Virus record (IMG/VR): IMGVR_UViG_3300021475_000005
Direction: 5' to 3' (one strand)
DNA length: 64,000 nucleotides
DNA from: a virus
Lineage: Duplodnaviria; Heunggongvirae; Uroviricota; Caudoviricetes
Part shown: one piece after another, positions 45,958 through 55,162 of the stretch
Layout of the letters: every line of letters starts with the position of its first letter
How positions within the stretch are numbered: the stretch's first letter is position 1
Notes under the pieces: generated by a model
What the model was told of the DNA's origin: nothing
Databases searched by the model: none
The model's input: only the letters and a program-made list of their open reading frames with translations
Program-made: the position numbers and the translations under genes

Positions 45958-46119
45958 GCTATTGATCCAGCTTGGCGAGTGCTGTCCCTACAAGAAAAGC
46001 ACAAATAGGAGACAACGCAATCCAGAAGAGAACCCAGATCATTTTGCCTCCTACCCGCCTGCTATGGAACTCCTATTTATGCAGCCTCTCGGGAAAAGGC
46101 AAGAGGCATCCCCAGAAAA

Positions 46120-46790
46120 AAATGCGCCGGACAGGCCATCCATGGGTTTCACGATCACTCGGGTCCGGCGCTCCCGTGAGCACGGGAATTCTGTCTCCTT
46201 GATTAGATGCGACGAGAGCGACAGTCCTCATTAGGGTCTCGTGGGTGGTAAGGTCGCTCTCATCACAAATTATGCGTCGAACATATCACATAAGGGTTTC
46301 AAATTTACGTAGGTCCGACGCTCTCGCTTTCACGAGAATTTCTTTCTCCATTAGTGATGCGACGAGAGCGACATTTCTCAACAGGGTCTCAATGAACTAC
46401 TGGTCGCTCTCATCACAAATTCTGCGCCAGACAAATTAGCAAAGGGTTTCATGGTGTGATCGGTCCGACGCTTCCACCTTCGTGGAATTTCTTTCTCCTC
46501 TATTAGACGTGACGAGAGCGACAGTCCGACGTAGGGTTTCAGATTACAACAGGTCTCTCTCGTCACAAATTGCGCGTCCAACAACTCGTCGTAGGGTTTC
46601 ACAGTTCAATAGGTTGGACGCTCCGCTCGCGCGGAAACTATGCAGCCTCCAATTCAGGTACGACGGTAGCGACACTCTTGTGCAGGGGTTCATGATTGTC
46701 AGGATCGCTCCCGTCGCAAGCTCTGGCGTCAGGCAATTGATCTGTGGGTTTCACCGAGCGGTTGGCCTGACGCCACGCCGACCAAAGATC
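46120..46790. repeat. tandem array of about 9 hairpin units (roughly 75 bp each). Each has a conserved central RGGGTYTCA core flanked by a 9-13-bp inverted repeat.
   Basis: Cores lie at about 46143, 46234, 46303, 46388, 46453, 46535, 46606, 46693 and 46758. Two alternating arm types occur: gacgagagcgac/gtcgctctcRtc and gcgYc..gac/gtc..Rcgc. Flanking spacers such as caaatt and gaatttctttctcc also recur. Confidence 0.8.
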
Positions 46791-47612
46791 GGCGAGAAAG
46801 ATTTTCTCCATATAGCGCATAGCGCGTTTATGCGCCACAACGAGAAGATTCGTTCGTGTAAGTTCGTAGACTTTCCGCGCATCATAGATTGCACGATAGT
46901 GTCCGGCTTCCGACAACACTTCACCTGTTTCTTCATCGACACGTGCGCTCTGGGCTTTAAACAAAGCTTGTCCGATATTCCAACTAACCGAGCGACGGGT
47001 GGGATTGTAACCGTGTGCGATCCATGTCGCGCTTGTCGCGCCTTCACCGGGCGCACCTTGACGCTTGCCGTCGATCACAGCGAGCCCGAGGCGTTTCCAG
47101 AGTTTTGAGACAGTCGTGTACTTCGTGAGATCACCACACTCGCCGACAATCTGTGCAAGACCGAAGGAACCAAACCCACGAATATCTTTTCCCCACTCAC
47201 GCCAGACTGGCAAAGTCTCCGCAAGCTTTGTCATGGCAAATTCTTTGTCGTCTCGCAGATCGATCATCGGCTGCACCGCATTCGCATTCGTGATGGCTAC
47301 TCGATGCGTCGGGTGACTAGGATCGACGAGTGCATCTTTGATAACTTTTTTCGCTTGGGCATAAGCCTTCTTGAGCGCCGGTTTATCATTGGGATCGGAT
47401 TTGAGAACGTGAAAGACAATGAGAGATTCACAAGCACGTTCTAACCTAGCCTGCTGCTTTAACGCAAAACGTGCTTCACGATGATAGCCGATAATTTCGC
47501 GAATAAGGTCTTCCTGATTCGTCGGAACTTTGATGTCGGAAGACTTTCGGCGTTTTGATTTAACTTTTGTTTCAGGCGTTTCCATTTGATGTCTTTCCGA
47601 GAACGAGTTCAT
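46638..47612 (-). CDS. protein with an IS110 C-terminal (Transposase_20, HhH-like) motif. No DEDD N-terminal domain is recognisable.
   Basis: IRGFGSFGLAQIVGECGDLTKYTTVSKLWKRLGLAV parallels the IPGIGxxxAxxLxAExGDxxRFxxxxxLxAYAGLxP block of IS110-family transposases. The last about 50 codons run into the repeat array. Confidence 0.35.
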   Translation of the reverse strand: MNSFSERHQMETPETKVKSKRRKSSDIKVPTNQEDLIREIIGYHREARFALKQQARLERACESLIVFHVLKSDPNDKPALKKAYAQAKKVIKDALVDPSHPTHRVAITNANAVQPMIDLRDDKEFAMTKLAETLPVWREWGKDIRGFGSFGLAQIVGECGDLTKYTTVSKLWKRLGLAVIDGKRQGAPGEGATSATWIAHGYNPTRRSVSWNIGQALFKAQSARVDEETGEVLSEAGHYRAIYDARKVYELTRTNLLVVAHKRAMRYMEKIFLADLWSAWRQANRSVKPTDQLPDARACDGSDPDNHEPLHKSVATVVPELEAA

Positions 47613-48294
47613 CCTTTACTTCATTCATCGCACATTCGATCTCGTCATTGCTGAAGAGGGTGCCAAGTTCTGCAAAGGGATCGGCGACGCGCGAATAACG
47701 CCGAGAAAGGTTTTCACACAAAGCACCTTCAAATTTTCCGCGTGTCGCGAGCGTTTTAAGTTCGTGCCAGCGCACCTTCCCGATAGGACGGCCATCGAGC
47801 ATCTTATAGGATTCGAGAATTCTCCCGGCACTTGCATCTGCTGCTTCGAAACGGGCAGCGCGGCGGTAGTGTTCGGAGACGCGGATAGGTTTCGGCTGAG
47901 AAGGCGCACATTGGATACGGGGTTCAATCTTGCGCAGGCTCTCCCTCTCAGCCAAGGAGTCGGAGACAGCCGCCGTTTGGAGTTCATATGGTTTTTGGTC
48001 TCCGTCGCCATCACTGGCGAAAATTTGGGAGGCAGCGCCATTCTGGGTTTCAGACGATGTCTGGCCTCCCTCGATCTTGCGACCGAATCTCATGTCTTCA
48101 GCAACTTCGCGTAGGTAATCCAATTCAAGTTCGATTAACAAACTCTCGTCCTCCATAATCATTCTATGGAATTCGCGACGGGCAGCAAACGCGTTTTTGG
48201 ATACCTTACTCAATGCATTCGAAGCAGCCATGTAAAGAGAAGCCGGGGCATCCATTCCGATCTGCTGAAGTTCGGGCTTTATCGAGCGAGACAT
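47572..48294 (-). CDS. hypothetical protein
   Basis: Taken from the internal Met (MSRSIKPELQQIG), which avoids overlapping the upstream gene. Confidence 0.35.
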   Translation of the reverse strand: MSRSIKPELQQIGMDAPASLYMAASNALSKVSKNAFAARREFHRMIMEDESLLIELELDYLREVAEDMRFGRKIEGGQTSSETQNGAASQIFASDGDGDQKPYELQTAAVSDSLAERESLRKIEPRIQCAPSQPKPIRVSEHYRRAARFEAADASAGRILESYKMLDGRPIGKVRWHELKTLATRGKFEGALCENLSRRYSRVADPFAELGTLFSNDEIECAMNEVKDELVLGKTSNGNA

Positions 48295-48304
48295 TTTAGA
48301 TTCC

Positions 48305-49294
48305 TTATTTGTTTTGGATGCCAAGAAAGGGAACAGCCTCTCGGGAAAAGGCAAGAGCCTCTTCGGCGATCTCGGCAGTTTTGGCCTCAACGGTCTCACG
48401 CAGTACGTCGTCGAATAGCGGCGTATTGGTAACCTTCTTTTTCGGGAGAGCTTTTTTGCCGATCAACCGCGTCATCTGCTTGTCTTGCAGGAAATGTTCC
48501 AAAGCGGCAGCGGTCTTGGCATAGCGAATGTTTTGCACTTCAGCGCCGCCCGACGATCCGTATGCCTTGTCGAGGTAACGCCGGAGAGCCAATTCTGGCG
48601 AACCATCGGCACAATCTGCACCTGTAGCGATACGTCGTCCGAATTCGGTGACCTTCTTCGAATCTTCGCCTGCAATTATCGCTTCGGCCAATGCACAGGT
48701 GACCGGAGCGGGGAGGCGTGACATGTAAGAGACCTCGGCAAGCGTCGTCAGGGCCGGTGAGAGATACTCATACCATTCCAGCAATTGCTGCGGGGTTGCC
48801 TTATGGGCCTTTGGATTGCTGATGGGCTTATCAGTAGCACCATAGAGACCATGGAAGCGACAGACCGCCATCGTTGTCCCGGTCGCTTCCGGACGGTCAA
48901 AAACAAACTTCATCAAATCTGATGCTGTCCGCTTCAATCCCGTATCGATGGCAGCGCCTGCACGTGGATCGGCACCAGTCACGACAAGAAGCGGGAAATT
49001 CGGGCAGAAGCCGACCTTGCGAAACGCGTGCAGACGATGCTGCCCATCCCCGAGAATGCCACCGCGCAGAACAGTAATTCCTTGCGCGGTCGCATGATAT
49101 TCGCCCTGTGCGATCATGCTGCTGAGCCATTCCACGTGGGAGGGACGCATGGGACGGTTGTTGACGTTCAGGCTGAGAAGATACTCAACGTTCGCTGCGT
49201 CCGCCGCCACAAAAAATGTTTGGAGCGCGTCTAGCTTAATTGCACCAAGCAATTCGACAAAACTCTTTACGGGATGATGTGCTGACTGTGTCAT
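48305..49294 (-). CDS. ParB/Srx-fold (ParB N-terminal nuclease-like) domain protein
   Basis: GGILGDGQHRLHAFRKVG matches the ParB/sulfiredoxin DGxHR core. Confidence 0.5.
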   Translation of the reverse strand: MTQSAHHPVKSFVELLGAIKLDALQTFFVAADAANVEYLLSLNVNNRPMRPSHVEWLSSMIAQGEYHATAQGITVLRGGILGDGQHRLHAFRKVGFCPNFPLLVVTGADPRAGAAIDTGLKRTASDLMKFVFDRPEATGTTMAVCRFHGLYGATDKPISNPKAHKATPQQLLEWYEYLSPALTTLAEVSYMSRLPAPVTCALAEAIIAGEDSKKVTEFGRRIATGADCADGSPELALRRYLDKAYGSSGGAEVQNIRYAKTAAALEHFLQDKQMTRLIGKKALPKKKVTNTPLFDDVLRETVEAKTAEIAEEALAFSREAVPFLGIQNK

Positions 49295-49304
49295 TTGGAT
49301 TCTC

Positions 49305-50171
49305 CTATTTGTGTTGGATGTCAAGGAAGGGAAGCGTACCGCCCGGGATCATCGTCTGAGGCAATTTGCCGTCCCATTTCTCAGCCGCAACAAGGGTGGG
49401 AAGCTCAGGATTCTCTCGCAGCGCATCGCCGCGTGCCTTGATCGCTCCAGCTTCGGCGTTGCCCATCACTTCAGTCTGATGAGCTTTGGCATCGGCTGCG
49501 GCACGAACTTCATAGGCAGCAGCATCGGCATCGATGATGCGCTTGGCTTTTTGAGCCTCGGCTTGCTGCTGACGAACCGTAGCTTCCATACGCGCTTCGA
49601 CCGCTTTTTCATAAGTATCGGAAAACTCGATGTCCTCGATCTGTACGGAATCAACGATGATCGGCGTCCCTTTAACAGTAGCCTGCAAGGTTCTCGTAAC
49701 ATCGGCATTGAACTTCGCGCGCTTTTGAATAGCAGAGGCGGCTTCATATTGCCCGAAAACGTTTTTCAAGACCTCGTACACACGCGGTTCGAGCAGCTTT
49801 GCCACTCCAGTATCGATATCGCCGTAGCTTGAATAAAGCCCCTCAACGTCGATCACGTGATAGTTTACAGAAAGACGAATTTTGGCTGGTTGCTGATCGT
49901 AGCTGTAGGCGGCAATCGGATTATCACTGCTGCCGTATACAATCTTCTGAGGCTGAACCGAAATGTCGTTCGCGCCTTGAAAGATTGGCATCTTGAAGTG
50001 AAGTCCGGGACCATAGTTGCCGACGACGGAACCGTTCGTGGTCAGAACCGCACGATAGCCTTGGGAGACTGTAAAGAAAGAAGAAAAGGCGACGATGAGC
50101 GCAAACAAGCCTGCGACGGCGGTTACGGCGTACGCAATGATGCGCTGCGGTGTAAAATAAGACGGCTGCAT
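49305..50171 (-). CDS. SPFH / band-7 (prohibitin/HflC-like) membrane protein
   Basis: An N-terminal transmembrane segment, an SPFH core (YRAVLTTNG ... NYHVIDVEGLY ... LEPRVYEVLKNVFGQYEA) and an Ala/Gln-rich coiled coil. Confidence 0.7.
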   Translation of the reverse strand: MQPSYFTPQRIIAYAVTAVAGLFALIVAFSSFFTVSQGYRAVLTTNGSVVGNYGPGLHFKMPIFQGANDISVQPQKIVYGSSDNPIAAYSYDQQPAKIRLSVNYHVIDVEGLYSSYGDIDTGVAKLLEPRVYEVLKNVFGQYEAASAIQKRAKFNADVTRTLQATVKGTPIIVDSVQIEDIEFSDTYEKAVEARMEATVRQQQAEAQKAKRIIDADAAAYEVRAAADAKAHQTEVMGNAEAGAIKARGDALRENPELPTLVAAEKWDGKLPQTMIPGGTLPFLDIQHK

Positions 50172-50187
50172 TGGGAGTTCCTTTGAA

Positions 50188-50304
50188 TTATTTGATTGGG
50201 GGATCGGGAAGATTCTTTGTCATGGCCCACATCACGGCGTAATACACACCGAGAAGCGTGAACCCGATGATCACGGCACATCCTACGATATCGACGAGCT
50301 TCAT
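50188..50304 (-). CDS. small membrane protein upstream of the SPFH gene (38 aa)
   Basis: MKLVDIVGCAVIIGFTLLGVYYAVMWAMTKNLPDPPIK. It is taken from the internal Met of a 93-aa ORF. Confidence 0.3.
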   Translation of the reverse strand: MKLVDIVGCAVIIGFTLLGVYYAVMWAMTKNLPDPPIK

Positions 50305-50314
50305 GTTGTTCCTT

Positions 50315-50809
50315 TCAGAGATGAGGCTTTGCTTCAACATCCACTTCAGCGAAACGCCGAAGCGTAAAGAGTCGAGACACCCGAACGAGCGCTCGATATT
50401 TGTTTTCGAGATGGGTATAAGTCTCGGGTGCATGTTCCGGCAGTGCAGAAAGACCTGTCCCAATTCCATCGCGCGGCCAGATCACGATGCCTCCATTTAC
50501 GAGATGCTGAAATAGCGGCTTCATGTCGTTATCGATGATTCGGTTCTGAGCCAGAATTTCCGCTGGCGTATCTCCATAAAAGCGGCTCGGCGAATATTTC
50601 GTCGCTACTCCAACTGCATTGGGTTCATAACGCATCTCGTATGCCTGACCACCCATTCCGACACGCTGGACATTGTCTCCGAAGACATAGAGCCAGTCGA
50701 AATTTTGGAGAGCGTCCGCGAGGCATTGCGTGTCAGGGTGACGATTGACGCGCGCATCCTCGCGGTAGTATTTTTTGACCTCGCCCAGCGGCATTAGAAC
50801 AAATTCCAT
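50315..50809 (-). CDS. hypothetical protein
   Basis: 164-aa ORF. I recognise no family. Confidence 0.4.
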   Translation of the reverse strand: MEFVLMPLGEVKKYYREDARVNRHPDTQCLADALQNFDWLYVFGDNVQRVGMGGQAYEMRYEPNAVGVATKYSPSRFYGDTPAEILAQNRIIDNDMKPLFQHLVNGGIVIWPRDGIGTGLSALPEHAPETYTHLENKYRALVRVSRLFTLRRFAEVDVEAKPHL

Positions 50810-52173
50810 GCGTTGAGGTAGCCAACAGCATACCCAAGATCATAAGCTGTCATGTGCTCCTCCGGTATCTCGGACTGAGAAGCACCGTCTAGAGTGCAAA
50901 GAAGGAATCCGTTATTGGTGTCGCTTCCTGAGAAATCTTCATGACCGATAGCTTCACCATCGACGACGCCTTCATCGTAAGCACGCTCGCTGGCATATTC
51001 ATCCAGTTCGAAATTATCGACGTATGAGACCACATAGTGAAGCATATAAGTGCGTTCGAGATGCTCTGGAACTTCGCCCCAGTGTTCGCCTTCTTCGTGT
51101 TCGCACGCGAAGATTTTACTGATGGAATCGTTTACCGCACATTCTTCGGCATCTTCCCGTGCCCAACGCACGACGGTCACAAAGCCAATAGCTTCCTCTT
51201 CGTCTTCCTCATCTTCCTCATTGGGAATATCGGAAATCGGATAGCAATCAGGGCAATCCGGATCGCCGCAGCCGTTATCGTCCTCGCTCCAGCCCAGAGT
51301 AAGATCATTTTCGTCGGCTTCTTCAGTTGCTGCCGATTCCGGCTGGGAAGTATAACGGTCTTCGACGACCTTTTTGAAATGCTCCGCAGCACTTTCTGCC
51401 GAAATTTCATCAACGATCTCCATGGCGCAGCAGCGCAACTTCGTATCGTTGTAGTCGGACGGAATTGCGGTAACTTCGCTCGGCTTGATTTTGACGACGA
51501 CGACTCTGCCAGCGTTGCCCATATAATGTTGGAGATAGTCGAATGAGCAGGCATGCAATCCGACCGAGCATGTCCGATTACGGTCGGGATCACAGAGGGT
51601 GCGATCCATGACAAGCATAGAACCGACCATATGCGGAATTTTTCCGACGTAGCTCTTTGAATCTTTGACGACATCATTTTCGTCAAACGTGATGACCATG
51701 ACCGATTCGCTGCCACTATGATAGGAGAAATAATCATCTTGAACACGTTTGAATGCATGGAAGCAACCATCCGGCGTGATCGGCAGACCACCAACTTCGA
51801 GGAAGCGGTATAGGTGATTGGCGATTTCCTTATCCGGATTCCGGGCTACATCTTCGAGAAACAGTGTCAGGTGGCTGACATCCGCGCCATCGTTGATCAT
51901 GCGCGTGATGACGCCAGCGACACCAAAATCGACTATCTCGCCATCGAGATAGAGTTGGTCTTTCTCGTCAACCGTAACACGTCCAGACGTGTACTTGGCG
52001 ATATAGGCAGGCATATCTGCGATCAGACAGATTTCATCGAAATCGTGCTCCTTCTTGCGAAGTGCAGCGAGGAGCTTTTGACCTTGCGCAGTATCGAGAC
52101 GTAGGCTCTTTGGACGACCGTTGATATGAACCGTGACGGCTTCGGTTGTTGCGATATAGGGGACGTTAGACAT
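50794..52173 (-). CDS. rIIB-like protein (assigned by position after the rIIA-like gene; acidic C-terminal half)
   Basis: About 460 aa. It starts 10 nt after the rIIA-like stop and has an AAGGAAAG ribosome-binding site. There is a long Asp/Glu-rich region. Confidence 0.3.
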   Translation of the reverse strand: MSNVPYIATTEAVTVHINGRPKSLRLDTAQGQKLLAALRKKEHDFDEICLIADMPAYIAKYTSGRVTVDEKDQLYLDGEIVDFGVAGVITRMINDGADVSHLTLFLEDVARNPDKEIANHLYRFLEVGGLPITPDGCFHAFKRVQDDYFSYHSGSESVMVITFDENDVVKDSKSYVGKIPHMVGSMLVMDRTLCDPDRNRTCSVGLHACSFDYLQHYMGNAGRVVVVKIKPSEVTAIPSDYNDTKLRCCAMEIVDEISAESAAEHFKKVVEDRYTSQPESAATEEADENDLTLGWSEDDNGCGDPDCPDCYPISDIPNEEDEEDEEEAIGFVTVVRWAREDAEECAVNDSISKIFACEHEEGEHWGEVPEHLERTYMLHYVVSYVDNFELDEYASERAYDEGVVDGEAIGHEDFSGSDTNNGFLLCTLDGASQSEIPEEHMTAYDLGYAVGYLNAWNLF

Positions 52174-52183
52174 GACTTTCCTT

Positions 52184-54346
52184 TCAGAACTTGAGCGTGA
52201 TTGGGACGTTATGGGCAACGGCGATGAGAGCTTCCGTCAAAGCTTTGAGTTGTTCTTTCGTATTTCCTCGCGAAACGTTTCCGAGAAACAGCGAAAGCGG
52301 CGAACGATAGTTGTCGTCTAGTTGCTTTCTAAGCTCCAAAACTCGGGTAATTGGCGCAGAGGTAACCAATTTGCGTTCTACTTTTGTGTCTGGATCGCGG
52401 TTCACGACCCTCATGATTTGAATTAAATCATATGTGACTGGGAGTACTTTGGGCTCCAACATCGGCTTGAGAAGCCGAACGATTTCGCCGATAATTGTCC
52501 TGCTACGCTTAAGCTTCAAATAAGAATCCGGTGCTTTTTTAAGAAGTTCCGAAACAAAATTGAGAAGATAGTCCCCGTTGCCACCGTAAGAATTGACGGC
52601 GACAGCACAGACATCATCCCAAGTCGTATTGTGATTGGCTTTTAGCAACTCATTGATTGTCTCGTCGATCCGCTTGATGCCTGCATCGATGACCTTCTGA
52701 CGCGCATGCGTCGAAGTCACATAAAAGGCTTCTAGTCCAAATCTTTTCCCGAGCGCCTTCAAGGATATGTCATTTGCTCGATACATTTCCGAGGACACCC
52801 ATGCGCGCTTCGGAGATGCTTCAAGCGACTTGATCGGTTCTTGCTGCTCGGCATTAATTCGTGCAATCGAAACACCGCGAATGATTTTTTCGGAATGAGT
52901 AACATTCCGTTTCGGGATCGCAGCGTTTAGGTCGTCTGTCGTTATGAGAACTCGGTTCGAAGCCGGGCAGAGACAGTTCCACATGTCGTCTGACCATTTT
53001 ACACCAAGAGCAAAGAGGGCTTTCGCAATCCCCTTCGATTCAAGATACCCACGCATACGGCGGATAAGACGACGATATTCACGGTCGGTGTAGATTCCTT
53101 CCTTCCGGATGGACCAAGTATTTCCTGCGCTCGCCGGATTTGGAATATCTCGATTGGCATCGAGAAGTTTTGACAAATCCTCGATAATGAAGATTTGTTT
53201 GATCGGCAGCGTCGGCGATGGAAGTTCGGCATCGAAGGTGAGCGCAGGAGTGTAGTTCCAGTGTTTCGATCTATCGTCGAAGCCGACATGGAAAAAACAC
53301 ATAGGCGGCACAACATCTGCGCTGGGGCCTGTAAGTCCCGTCTTCGGATGGACAAAATTCCGTTTGCAAAATTCAGGCTTGATTCGATTCAGTTGGTGAT
53401 AGAATTCGGCAACATTATCGAATTTTTCTACCATCTTTTCGACGGTATCGGCTGCCTCTTTTACGACTCGGGCAAGACGTTCCTCAATGTACTTTATGAC
53501 ATGAGGCTTATAGGATACGTCTTCCCGCGATGTCGTGACTTCGATTGTTCCAATCGGGCAGTCGATGAGATAGCGACGCGGTGAATTATATCCGTCGTTC
53601 GGCAATTGCAGGCCACCGATATTTTTCAGAGGATAGATGACGCAACCCTGTTTGACACACCAACGATCCGGAAGATTGGAGTCGGTGTAGGAGGCCCAAC
53701 CGGTTCCTGAGAGGGCGAGTTTGCCTTTTGAATTCAAAGCCTGATTCGAATTGGTTTCAAAAATCGGATCGAAGCCTAATGAAACTGCTTTTACGGCTGC
53801 AATGAAGGATGCGTGATCTTTCCCCTGAACGGCAAAGCCAACTCGAACTCCGGCTGCTTCGTCGCAGAGTTCGCCGTGCATAAGAATGATTTGCGGAACA
53901 CCTCCCGGACCAATAGCGGCACTATAATGGCGTGCTTCGCTGCCATCGTAACAGGTGACATAAAATTGATCGGTATATGCAAATGGCGACTTCGATCCAA
54001 GGCCGAACATTCCGACGAGATCATTATCCTCGTCCTTATCAGAATCGAAAAGCGTCGAATAAAGGTTCATCACCTTTTGATGCGACATCCCAATTCCATA
54101 GTCGCGCACATAAAATTCAGGACGCATCGTGGTCGGGACATGGATGAAAAACGGCTTGCTCGTTTTTGCCGCAATATGCGAATCGAACGCATTCGATGCC
54201 AGTTCACGAACAATCGATTGTGCCTTATTGGCGTAGAGGCCATCTATCAAAACCCGGAAAGCTTTTCCCGTTGCCTTGATTCGGAAAGTCCCCTGTTCCT
54301 CGGAACGATTCGTTTCGAGGCTGTCTTTTTCCTTGGCGAGAAGCAT
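52184..54346 (-). CDS. rIIA-like protein with N-terminal GHKL (HATPase_c) ATPase domain
   Basis: N box (RELASNAFDSH), G1 (RDYGIGMS) and G2 (GMFGLGSKS). At 720 aa it is similar in length to T4 rIIA. Confidence 0.5.
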   Translation of the reverse strand: MLLAKEKDSLETNRSEEQGTFRIKATGKAFRVLIDGLYANKAQSIVRELASNAFDSHIAAKTSKPFFIHVPTTMRPEFYVRDYGIGMSHQKVMNLYSTLFDSDKDEDNDLVGMFGLGSKSPFAYTDQFYVTCYDGSEARHYSAAIGPGGVPQIILMHGELCDEAAGVRVGFAVQGKDHASFIAAVKAVSLGFDPIFETNSNQALNSKGKLALSGTGWASYTDSNLPDRWCVKQGCVIYPLKNIGGLQLPNDGYNSPRRYLIDCPIGTIEVTTSREDVSYKPHVIKYIEERLARVVKEAADTVEKMVEKFDNVAEFYHQLNRIKPEFCKRNFVHPKTGLTGPSADVVPPMCFFHVGFDDRSKHWNYTPALTFDAELPSPTLPIKQIFIIEDLSKLLDANRDIPNPASAGNTWSIRKEGIYTDREYRRLIRRMRGYLESKGIAKALFALGVKWSDDMWNCLCPASNRVLITTDDLNAAIPKRNVTHSEKIIRGVSIARINAEQQEPIKSLEASPKRAWVSSEMYRANDISLKALGKRFGLEAFYVTSTHARQKVIDAGIKRIDETINELLKANHNTTWDDVCAVAVNSYGGNGDYLLNFVSELLKKAPDSYLKLKRSRTIIGEIVRLLKPMLEPKVLPVTYDLIQIMRVVNRDPDTKVERKLVTSAPITRVLELRKQLDDNYRSPLSLFLGNVSRGNTKEQLKALTEALIAVAHNVPITLKF

Positions 54347-54459
54347 GTAGAGCGAATCACTTGTTGGTATCTAGGAAGCCTTCTATGTCGGTGATCCCGA
54401 CATGTCAATGACCTGTCGGAAAACTTGACCGATACAGTCGAATATGGCAGTTTACGAGG

Positions 54460-54708
54460 ATGGAATCTCCACAATTACCGCCCCCGGATCAGGAAAAAAC
54501 GGACAAAGATAGTAGTCCGGTCTGCATCTGCCGCGATCCCGGCCCATTGACAAAAATCATGGAAGTCTTCGTCAAGCGCCCACATTCGCAATTACGGACG
54601 GACACATGGGTACGGGAATGGTATGCGCGGACGAACTGTCCCATTCACGGCATCAAGGAAGTCGCTCCTGAAGATGTCAAACCTGATGCACTGGAACCCA
54701 TCAAATGA
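54460..54708 (+). CDS. hypothetical protein
   Basis: 82-aa ORF. Confidence 0.35.
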   Translation: MESPQLPPPDQEKTDKDSSPVCICRDPGPLTKIMEVFVKRPHSQLRTDTWVREWYARTNCPIHGIKEVAPEDVKPDALEPIK

Positions 54709-55085
54709 GTAAAACAATACTGATCTACAATGGCGCGATCAAAGCCAATCATGTCGGCGCGTTCACACGAGGAGGTGTTATATTCGACATCGTCAGTCCG
54801 GGATATGATTCGCAGGGACGACGACGCACGTCATGGATTCAATACGTGCATGAAGGAGTCCCTGTATTTGAGACCAAGATGGACTGCTCGCTAAAAGAAT
54901 CGCTAGAGCTATTTGACTCATTGTGGAAAGAAAGCATTGGCGATAACGCAAGCCTCCTCGTAAAAGCCATTGCGGCTGCAAAGGTAGAACGTCTTTCTCG
55001 CTTTAAAGATGGCAAGACTGGGATTGAAGGTGCTCCGGCCCTGAAGGTCGATGGGCGTCCAGAAGGTAAAAAATACCCGGCATAG
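54705..55085 (+). CDS. hypothetical protein
   Basis: 126-aa ORF with an ATGA overlap. Confidence 0.4.
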   Translation: MSKTILIYNGAIKANHVGAFTRGGVIFDIVSPGYDSQGRRRTSWIQYVHEGVPVFETKMDCSLKESLELFDSLWKESIGDNASLLVKAIAAAKVERLSRFKDGKTGIEGAPALKVDGRPEGKKYPA

Positions 55086-55113
55086 CAAGAGTCATTTTCC
55101 CAGACGCGAGTAG

Positions 55114-55142
55114 TTGACAATGCTTTCTCTTTGGCCTATACC
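55114..55142 (+). promoter_or_regulatory. putative sigma70-like promoter upstream of the recombinase gene
   Basis: TTGACA, a 17-nt spacer, then TATACC. Confidence 0.35.
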
Positions 55143-55162
55143 CCCATCGAACTGATGCGGAG

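Noticed and set aside
46190-46790. CRISPR array
   Set aside because: Units are about 75 bp and imperfect. The conserved part is central, with variable inverted-repeat arms. This is not the short identical repeat with unique spacers of a CRISPR array, and there are no cas genes.
46245-47108. Plus- and minus-strand ORFs (64, 74 and 208 aa) running through the hairpin array
   Set aside because: They are translations of repetitive inverted-repeat DNA. The periodic peptide repeats and lack of start signals indicate noncoding sequence.
51177-51794. 205-aa minus-strand ORF in a different frame inside the rIIB-like gene, and the plus-strand ORF 51037-51546
   Set aside because: They are Ser/Arg/Lys low-complexity translations overlapping the acidic, GA-rich repeat region of the longer ORF. 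They are frame shadows.
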